Source: an uncultured delta proteobacterium (GTDB lineage Bacteria; Myxococcota_A; Polyangia; Polyangiales; Polyangiaceae). From it: DNA of 64,000 nt. The stretch spans positions 352,001 through 416,000 of the forward strand of contig CAVOKF010000007.1 in the NCBI GenBank assembly GCA_963696385.1, written 5' to 3'. The position numbers were made by a program, and so were the translations under genes. Below are positions 56,767 to 64,000 of this stretch, in pieces (within the stretch, counting starts at the first letter, position 1; each line of letters begins with the position of its first letter). Below the pieces are notes generated by a model. The model was not told the DNA's origin and did not search any database. It saw only the letters and a program-made list of their open reading frames with translations.

Positions 56767-56982
56767 TGTGTCGCAGACACTCCACGCGCGTGATCTCGCT
56801 GGTCACGGCCTTGGAGCGTCGCCATCGCTGCCGCGTCCCTAAAAATAAGCCTCCTCGGGCGAGTCTGTGGGTGAGCCAATCGGGCTCGGGAAGGTTTCCG
56901 ATCGCGTGATAACCGCAGAACAAGCGACGCACTGCAAGCCTGACCAAGACCTACACCGAGGAGCTCCAACCGGACGTCGCCC

Positions 56983-58110
56983 TCACGGATGCAGTTTCTC
57001 CCCCTTCGCCAACATCGCGACGAACTGGGCGATGCGACGGGCTCGCGTCTCCGCCTTCTTCGCGTTGTGAACCCGCCACAGGATGGCGTATCGGTTGTGA
57101 GCCTCCAGCGTGGCGAAACATCTCTGCGCGCGAGGGTTGTTCGCGAGTGCCGTTGCGAGATCCTCCGGCACCGACGCGTCTCTCTGCGATTCGTAGGCTC
57201 GATCCCACCGACCGTCCTTCTTGGCTCGTTCGACCTCCGCAAGGCCGAAGGGCATCATCTTGCCCGCCGCCATGAGCGCAATTGCCTTGTCGCGATTGAT
57301 CTTCGACCACACGCTCTTGGAGCCACGTGGCGTGAATTTCTGAAGCCACCATGCTTCGTCGAACGCCTTCTTCTGCCCATCGATCCATCCCCAGACGAGT
57401 GCGACCTCGATCGCTTCAGCGTAGGTAACCGAGGTATTTGTCGACGTCTTCTTGGCGATCTTCAGCCATACGCCGCGCGACGACGCATGGCTCGACGCGA
57501 GCCAAGCCGACCACTCTTTGGCATCCGCGAACGAGACCACAGGAATCCCCGTCTCGATCGCCTTTCTTGGGGCGACGAAGCGCTCTTTGCTCCTCGGCGC
57601 GGTCGATCCGGACGCCTGCTTGTCGTAGGCCGCCTCCGCCTGCAGCAGGGAAACTTCGACCCCCTTTGCAATTCGCTTTTCGCGCGTGCGTTCGCCGACC
57701 GCCTCCTCGATCCAGCGGATGATGTGACTTCTCTTGCCCGCAGGAAACGTCCCGAACGCTTCCAACGCACCGCTATCGCGGAGCGCTCGGTCGAGGTCGT
57801 GCGGCACGCGGTCCGCTTGGGGCATTTTGTCGACGCGCAGAACGGCCGTCAGCCGGTCACCGGGTTCGATCCCCACTTCGCTGCGAACCCGCGCATTGAG
57901 CTGCAAGCGATGGCGCCCGCCGCCGACGGGCACGATGCTCGCGCGGAACTCCGTCTTGCCATTGATCGTCGACACGACGGGAACCGGACCGCGGCGACCG
58001 ATGGCACGGCTAACCCGCTCGGGGATCTCGATAAAATAAAACGAGTACCCTGGTGCCTTGCGCAGTGGCGTTGAGAACGCGAAGCTGTCGACGGCCTCGG
58101 TTTCGTGCAT
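56983..58110 (-). CDS. DUF1905 + OmdA domain fused to a YdeI/OmpD-associated protein
   Basis: GPVPV..TING...GGGRH.L.LN..VR (DUF1905), then W..WL...H....GVWL...GWIDGQ..FTPR..S.WS.IN (YdeI); start uncertain. Confidence 0.8.
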   Translation of the reverse strand: MHETEAVDSFAFSTPLRKAPGYSFYFIEIPERVSRAIGRRGPVPVVSTINGKTEFRASIVPVGGGRHRLQLNARVRSEVGIEPGDRLTAVLRVDKMPQADRVPHDLDRALRDSGALEAFGTFPAGKRSHIIRWIEEAVGERTREKRIAKGVEVSLLQAEAAYDKQASGSTAPRSKERFVAPRKAIETGIPVVSFADAKEWSAWLASSHASSRGVWLKIAKKTSTNTSVTYAEAIEVALVWGWIDGQKKAFDEAWWLQKFTPRGSKSVWSKINRDKAIALMAAGKMMPFGLAEVERAKKDGRWDRAYESQRDASVPEDLATALANNPRAQRCFATLEAHNRYAILWRVHNAKKAETRARRIAQFVAMLAKGEKLHP

Positions 58111-58226
58111 CAGCGAATGTTCGCGGGCGAGCCCGTCGTCGTCAACGTGCATCTCCCGCAGCACCGGGGGTTCTGGAGGAATGAGCGTCGGGGGGATCCG
58201 ACCTCGACCTAGTCCGATTTGGCGGC

Positions 58227-59084
58227 TCAAAGGCGTCCGTTCGGCGAGGTCGGCACGGACTTCCGGTCGCAGGGAGCGGGCGGCGCGGGGCTGAATGCCA
58301 CCGAGTACACGACTTCCGTCAACCCCGATTCCGTACTTGGAAATGTGAGGCTGCCAAAACTACGAACGACGCACGTGACGACGCCCGACTCCGGGAGATC
58401 GCTGCCGTCATCGGCGAACGACGTCACACTGCCCGTCGCGTCCACGACGAACTTGACGGTGACATGGCCCTGAAGCGACGGGTGAAACCGCAGTCCATTT
58501 TCGTAGCAGAGGCGAAAGCGACCAAAGGCACGCGATGCGACGATGCGCTCGACTGCGGCCCGCGTGAAAGAGCCGCTCACCCGCACGTCGGTCACGCGCA
58601 TCGATGGGGCCTGGACGCGATGGTCAAAGCAAGGCGGGCCTCTCCGTGACGACGCCGGCGTTGGGTGCGAGGCCGCTACTGCGTCGCGATCCCGCAGGGG
58701 CCCGACGGCGCCGGAATCTCGCTCGCCTTCGCTCCCAGGAAGGGGGTTCGAGGCCAAAGACTTTGGGTCTTCGGGGACGGCCGAAGGACTCCTCTCTGTT
58801 TCGGCGGCCGCTGGGACTGACGAGGGGACGGACCAGCGGAGCTCCGTCGACCTGGCCGGCTGGACGTCGCCGTCTTCCAACGGGGTGTGCCGTTCCCCCT
58901 TGTGGATGGCCGCCGGCCCCGTGCAAGCAAGAGTCGCCAGCGCCGCGAGAGCCCAAGTGCGAGGTTCGCCCACGCCGGCCGGCCGACGCGCGCGGTCGGC
59001 CTGGGGCACGTGCACCACGGCGTCCGGATCTTTCTCGTAAGCTCGACGCGCCACGCGTTGGCCGGATTGCTCGCTGCTCGCCAT
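58227..59084 (-). CDS. AgmX/PglI C-terminal-domain protein (GltG-like C-terminus), possible lipoprotein
   Basis: FGRFRLCYENGL..P.LQGHVTVKFVVD..DGSDLPESGVVTCVVRSFG.L.FP closely matches the GltG C-terminus; ALAALATLAC lipobox-like. Confidence 0.78.
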   Translation of the reverse strand: MASSEQSGQRVARRAYEKDPDAVVHVPQADRARRPAGVGEPRTWALAALATLACTGPAAIHKGERHTPLEDGDVQPARSTELRWSVPSSVPAAAETERSPSAVPEDPKSLASNPLPGSEGERDSGAVGPLRDRDAVAASHPTPASSRRGPPCFDHRVQAPSMRVTDVRVSGSFTRAAVERIVASRAFGRFRLCYENGLRFHPSLQGHVTVKFVVDATGSVTSFADDGSDLPESGVVTCVVRSFGSLTFPSTESGLTEVVYSVAFSPAPPAPCDRKSVPTSPNGRL

Positions 59085-59781
59085 CGTGCTCCCCGCTCGG
59101 GCCCCTCGCCGCTGTTTCGTCAACGTCACCGCCCGCAATTCAGACTCGCGCGGGAGTGATTTGTTCCCGGTCGCGTGCGACCCGCATTTGCAGGCTCGAC
59201 GCGGCGGGCGCGTCTGTCACGCTGAAAGGAGTGTCACCACCGGTCGGCCAGGGAACCCCAATCGCCGAGATCACCGTCATCTCGCGGCCCGAATCGTCCG
59301 GGGAATCGTCCGGCAGCGGGGGTCGTGCTTCGGTCGTCGGGATATGGACGGCGTCGGGCGCGGAGAGAGAGCGGAGGGTAGCCTCGGCGACGTCCGCGGG
59401 AATCAGGGCGCGGGGACGCCACCGCGCGTGTGCCGTCTCGTGTGACGATAGCTTCATGACAGACGGCGTTCGGCTCCGATCCCGGCGACGGCTCGTTCCT
59501 CTGCTCGTCGTGGGGCTAGTCGCGGCCTGTGAGCGTCCCCCGTCCCCGTGTTTCTGAACTTCGCCCGCATCTACGGCGGCGGCCACTCGCGGCCGGCGGC
59601 TCGGGCGGCGCGAAGCACATCGTGCTCGAATCTAGCTCACGTCACACACTTCGGTGCCGACGCCGGGCAGAGCGGTCATCCTCGCGGGCAGCGAGGACTC
59701 TCTGCTCGCGGTCACGGTGCGGGTGACGGCGGAGGCCTCCTCGACAGGGCTTCCTGGCGCTCTTACGTTGTGTTCGTGCTC

Positions 59782-61161
59782 GTGACCAAAGGCGACTTTG
59801 CGACACGAGGCGTGTCTGCAGCCAGACTCCCGGCTTCCGCTTCGTTTGCGTTCGTCGCGTCTATCTTCACCGGCTGCGCGCCGGTTTCGTATTCAGCGCC
59901 CCACGCGTCACCCATGTCCGCCGTGTCGCCGGCGGTCGCGATGGCCTCCCAGACCCGCCCCGCGGAGACGATTGCCGTGCGGGACCTCGACCCTGGCGAC
60001 CGACAGTTCGACGACCTGGCTCCGCTTGCTCGTGTGCTCGGGGATGTGCGGGTGGTGCTAATCGGCGAGCCGTCGCATCTCGACGGCGCCGCCTTCGACG
60101 CGAAGGTGCGGCTGATCGAGTTTCTGCACGAGCGGCTGGGCTTCGACATCCTCGCGTGGGAGGCGGGGATGTGGAGCTGCGAGCAGATGGACGCGCGCGT
60201 CCGCCAACCAGGCGCCGGAGGCGACGCACGCGAGCTAGGCCTCGGCTGGCCCTGGGGCGGCGTTCAACAGACCAAGGCGATCTTCGAATACGCGCGCGCG
60301 ACCGCCCGCGCCGGCAAGCCGCTGCGGATGACGGGCATCGACATCCAGTTCACGGGTAAGGACGGCGTGTCCCGGTACCGCGACTGGCTCGTCTCGTACG
60401 TGGATGCCGCACACGCCTGGTCCGTTGAGCAGCGAGCGGGCATCCTCCAGGCCTTCGATCGCTTCCCGAAGCAGAAGAAGTTCTCGGCCCTTACGCCCGA
60501 GATACGCGCCCGCGATCGAGCGGCCTTCGCGCAGCTGCGCGATCGCCTCGCTCGCACGGGCAGCGGCCCTGACCGCGCCTTGGCGGTTCGCTCGATCGAG
60601 GCCGTCGACGCGCTCTACCGATGGCATGAGGCTGTCGGGGCCGACCAGTCGACGACGATTGCGTGGGACGAGCACGTCGCACTCAACAATGTCCGCGACG
60701 AAGCCATGGCCGACAACATTCTCTGGCTCCTCGACCAGAACCCCGCGAGCCGCATCGTGGTGTGGATGGCGAACGTCCACGCAGCGCGTTCGCTCGAGAC
60801 ACTCGATGTCACCGGCAGCTCGGCCAATCCGCACGCGTTCGATGGCTACCATCCGACGGGCGAGCGGTTGGCCCGCGTACTGGGGCACCGCGCGTACTCG
60901 ATCGCGATGACGGCTTTCGAGGGCACGGTGGGGAACCCGCCGACGAAGCCCCACGCGCTGTCGCCCACACCCGAGGGGAGCTTCGAGTCGCGCATGGCGT
61001 CGGGCCAGGCGCCTGCGGCCTTCGTCGACTTCCGCAGCGTTTCGGCCAACGTGCCGCCGATCGCCCGATTCATCGGGTACGGACGCTACCGCGCAGCCTG
61101 GGCGCAGGTGTTCGATGGGGCGCTGTTCATTCACACCATGTATCCCGCAACGGCCGATTGA
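59782..61161 (+). CDS. Erythromycin esterase-family (EreA/B, TIKI-like) lipoprotein
   Basis: VVLIGEPSH.DG, RLIEFLHERLGFD.LAWEA, RDEAMADNI.W, IVVWMANVH; start uncertain. Confidence 0.88.
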   Translation: MTKGDFATRGVSAARLPASASFAFVASIFTGCAPVSYSAPHASPMSAVSPAVAMASQTRPAETIAVRDLDPGDRQFDDLAPLARVLGDVRVVLIGEPSHLDGAAFDAKVRLIEFLHERLGFDILAWEAGMWSCEQMDARVRQPGAGGDARELGLGWPWGGVQQTKAIFEYARATARAGKPLRMTGIDIQFTGKDGVSRYRDWLVSYVDAAHAWSVEQRAGILQAFDRFPKQKKFSALTPEIRARDRAAFAQLRDRLARTGSGPDRALAVRSIEAVDALYRWHEAVGADQSTTIAWDEHVALNNVRDEAMADNILWLLDQNPASRIVVWMANVHAARSLETLDVTGSSANPHAFDGYHPTGERLARVLGHRAYSIAMTAFEGTVGNPPTKPHALSPTPEGSFESRMASGQAPAAFVDFRSVSANVPPIARFIGYGRYRAAWAQVFDGALFIHTMYPATAD

Positions 61162-61319
61162 TGACTCGTGTGGCCTTTAATTCCCACCCATGTGGCTGGA
61201 CTCGGCGACGCCGCAGCAATTCATCAGGTGTGGCCCCAACGGAATACGACGGGCTCACGCGTGTTGGCGGCGCAATACGTGCACGAGACCGACGCCGGAA
61301 AAGGTTGCTACAGCAGGTT

Positions 61320-61850
61320 TCATGACGGCCTCCCTTGGCTCGAAAGAATCGCGGCAAGCTCGTCGAGCTGCTCGAGCGTCTCGCGCATCCCAGGTTCCAT
61401 CCCGGACGCGAGGGTAGCGTCGAGGGCGTCCTTCGAGGGATAGACGTCGTGCATCACCAGCAGCGTCTTGCCGCCATTTTCCACGAAAGTCACCGTGGTG
61501 ACGGCCCCACCGTCCCCACCTTCTTCATTCGTCCAGACGAGGCGCGAGTGCGGTGTCACTTCGAGGTACCTGCCGAAGAACTCCCCCATTGGCTTTGAGG
61601 CAGCGTCGACGAACACGAAACGGTACCTGCCCCCCGCGCGAACATCCGCCTCGCAGGAAAGCAGAGACAGGCCCGTCGACTTCGGTGCCCACCACCGCTT
61701 GAGCAGATCGGGCTTGGTGAACGCGTCGAACACGATGCGCGCCGGGCCATTGATGGTTCGCGTGACAACCAGTTCGCGCTCGGACTTGCGTTCCACCGTC
61801 GTGCGGTTCTTCATGGGGGTGGGGTCACCTTCTCTTGCTGTGGCGTCCAT
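61320..61850 (-). CDS. SRPBCC/AHSA1-domain protein
   Basis: ERELVVTRTINGPARIVF.A.T.P.L.KRWW.P, DVRAGGRYRF, TVTFVE.GGKTLLV. Confidence 0.93.
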   Translation of the reverse strand: MDATAREGDPTPMKNRTTVERKSERELVVTRTINGPARIVFDAFTKPDLLKRWWAPKSTGLSLLSCEADVRAGGRYRFVFVDAASKPMGEFFGRYLEVTPHSRLVWTNEEGGDGGAVTTVTFVENGGKTLLVMHDVYPSKDALDATLASGMEPGMRETLEQLDELAAILSSQGRPS

Positions 61851-62193
61851 CGGGCTCCTCCTTGTTCGTCCATGTCTCGACAAGCTCATCCAGTGCGTCG
61901 AAGCGTGCGTCCCAGAGCGTGCGGTACCTCTCGATTTACGCCGTCTCATCCTCCAGCCGGCGCGGCCCCAGCTTGCAGTTCGGCACGCGCCCGACCTTCT
62001 CCGTGGTGACGAGCCCGGCCTGCTCCGGGACGCCGACGCGCTTCTTCATGCCCGTGAGGGTCATGTGGAACCTCTCGGCAAGGTGCGTGATCGAAGCGTC
62101 TGCACGTCCGAGCTGCTCCAGAACGCCGCGTCGGGTGACGTCTGAGAGCGCATTGAACGACGCATCGAGGCGGACACCCGAAGACTGAACCAT
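61825..62193 (-). pseudogene. ArsR/SmtB-family repressor with premature stop
   Basis: LDASF.ALSD.TRRGVLEQLG..TLTGMKK; in-frame TAA at 61936-61938 where Trp is expected (ETA*IERYR..WDARF). Confidence 0.82.
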
Positions 62194-62205
62194 ATGGTTC
62201 AGTCT
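62182..62205. promoter_or_regulatory. Perfect 24-bp palindromic operator over the ArsR start codon
   Basis: AGACTGAACCATATGGTTCAGTCT. Confidence 0.8.
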
Positions 62206-62349
62206 GTAACGCACCGATGGGCGGCATGCAAGACGAGGCCTCCGATCGGGAAACCTTTGAGCGGAGTTTCTACGGCGGGCTCCTGCGCCATGGTCCGGCA
62301 ACCGAGCCGGGCGTTCGCCTCGTCGGATTGAGCCGAGCGCCGCTCGAGG

Positions 62350-62423
62350 CGGTTTCGTTCCGCTGCTGCGGGCCTACGAACCCGAGCCGGTGCCCGTGCA
62401 CCTGGTGCATCCCGCGCGCAGCG
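62350..62423 (+). pseudogene. C-terminal remnant of a LysR substrate-binding domain
   Basis: FVPLLRAYEPEPVPVHLVHPARS. Confidence 0.6.
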
Positions 62424-62719
62424 TCGGCACGTCGGGCGTCGATCACGGCTCGAACGAGGGCCTCGTCGTCTGTCGATCGCATCTGGGGCTCCGGAGTCGA
62501 GAGAAGCATCGCGCGTGCCATTCCGCCTCTTCGAGAGTCTCACGTTCATTCGTGTCCGGCGGGGCACCGGGCGTTTTGACAACGCGGCCCGCGCGCGGCG
62601 CTGACCTACCCGGTCGGCCAATCGAGAGTGCGACGTTTCGATGGGATCGCCGTCGGCACGGAATTCGCCAAAGGTCGAGTTATCTTCACGCCAATCCGAG
62701 CACGAGGAGCACCACCAAG

Positions 62720-63196
62720 ATGAAGCCGAAGAACACAATCTGCCTCTGGTTCGACAAGGACGCGCATGATGCGGCACGCTTCTACGCCGCTACCTTCCCG
62801 AACAGTGAAGTGACCGCCGTTCACAAGGCGCCCGGCGACTTCCCCGGCGGCCATGAAGGCGACGTACTCACGGTGGAGTTCACCGTGTTGGGCATTCCCT
62901 GTCTCGGTCTCAACGGCGGCCCGCAGTTCAAGCACAGCGAGGCGTTCTCGTTTCAAATCGCCACGGACAATCAAGAAGAAACCGACCGCTACTGGAGCGC
63001 GATCGTCAGCCATGGCGGGAAGGAAAGTCAGTGCGGCTGGTGCAAGGACCGCTGGGGCCTGTCCTGGCAAATCACCCCGCGTGCGCTCACGGACACCCTT
63101 GCCGCCGGAGGCGATGAGGCAAAGCGCGCCTTCTCGGCCATGATGTCGATGAAGAAGATCGACATCGCCACGATCGAGGCCGCACGCCGCAGGTAG
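62720..63196 (+). CDS. VOC/PhnB-like (3-demethylubiquinone-9 3-methyltransferase family) protein
   Basis: ICLWFD..A.DAA.FY..TFP.S, LNGGP.FKHSEAFSF, CGWCKDRWGLSWQI. Confidence 0.95.
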   Translation: MKPKNTICLWFDKDAHDAARFYAATFPNSEVTAVHKAPGDFPGGHEGDVLTVEFTVLGIPCLGLNGGPQFKHSEAFSFQIATDNQEETDRYWSAIVSHGGKESQCGWCKDRWGLSWQITPRALTDTLAAGGDEAKRAFSAMMSMKKIDIATIEAARRR

Positions 63197-63449
63197 CCCC
63201 CGATCCCAGAAATGCGAAGGCTTGCCGGACCGGCATTCGTGCGGAGCGCGCGGGCGATCGGCCCTGGTGCGGCCACGGAGAGGCCGTGTGCCGCGTGCTG
63301 GCGGACCCGGCGGTTCGAAGCAACGTTGGCGGAAGCGAATTGCGGAGTCCGCCACCGCGGCCGCGATGGCGGCCGATGAAAGACGCGCGCAAGCGGCGTC
63401 ATCGGTCGCACGCCCATGCGCAGATGGCCCGCGAGCCGCTGCGCGGGCG

Positions 63450-63884
63450 TCACTGGCAGCAAAAGTCGGCGTGCACGCCATCCGCGTCGGTACTCGGCGC
63501 GCTGCAATTCAGCGAGGAGTTCAGCCTGCCTGGAGTGTCACCCGACTCGCACTGGTAACCATAGGATGGAAACCAACAGTAAGCCCCTAATTGATCATCC
63601 GGGGTGCACGTGGTCGCGGTGTACGACCAGGCGATGCAGCAGAAGTCGTCGTTCAATCCATCGGGTTGGGGAATGCTGCAGGACAGTCCGGAGTCTCCCG
63701 CTTCGGGATCGGCGCCGGGGTTGCACCTCCACCCGTCGCCACCGCTCACGCAGACGAGTGAGCGATCCGGTAAACATCCGACAGGAGCAATCGATTCGCC
63801 GCTCGAGGGCGACGTGCCGCATCCGTACGCCAGAACGGCCAGTACGCACCACGCCGCGCGCGCGGCAACATCCTGAGCCTTCAT
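63450..63884 (-). CDS. Cys-rich lipoprotein with two tandem 6-Cys repeats
   Basis: LAYGC lipobox; two ~48-aa units each ending DFCC. Confidence 0.78.
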   Translation of the reverse strand: MKAQDVAARAAWCVLAVLAYGCGTSPSSGESIAPVGCLPDRSLVCVSGGDGWRCNPGADPEAGDSGLSCSIPQPDGLNDDFCCIAWSYTATTCTPDDQLGAYCWFPSYGYQCESGDTPGRLNSSLNCSAPSTDADGVHADFCCQ

Positions 63885-64000
63885 GGTGAGCTACCCCGCT
63901 CGCGCCCCCGGCCGCACCTGAGTGGTGCATCTTGCGGGCCGATGGACCGATTTTGCGCAACGAAACCCAAGAGACGACTTGACCCCTTTCTGTCGATTGC

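Overview
GC-rich bacterial window whose gene content points to Myxococcota, probably class Polyangia. It has two halves. About 1-36 kb is core-like: an Agl-Glt adventurous-gliding cluster (gltC-gltD-gltE-gltF-gltG, a TPR lipoprotein and a giant ~3870-aa gltI/agmK-like TPR gene on the minus strand, a divergent GltK/CglC-like lipoprotein, and two GltB/GltA-like beta-barrels after ftsY), plus yraN, HAMP and HEAT proteins, an MXAN_5187-like gene and an HDAC-family deacetylase. About 36-64 kb is an accessory patchwork of small stress/detox genes, regulators and gene debris: two ECF42-DGPF modules, two PIN toxin-antitoxin pairs, VOC, DoxX, SRPBCC, YdeI, a two-component system, a secreted glycoside hydrolase and an erythromycin-esterase-family gene. 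The most unusual signal is a module seen twice: convergent four-helix-bundle (23S-IVP/Avd-like) genes, a PIN TA pair and a nearby (GACCCC)n tract. The one intact four-helix gene has its RBS and ATG inside a perfect 19-bp hairpin. Six (GACCCC)n/(GGGGTC)n tracts all share the same strand polarity and all lie just 3' of stop codons. Four +1 frameshifts all fall at AGATC/GATCT sites, which suggests a methylation-linked sequencing artefact. I found no rRNA, tRNA, CRISPR array, integrase, transposase or reverse transcriptase. Family assignments come from motif recognition, not database searches, and coordinates were counted by hand.
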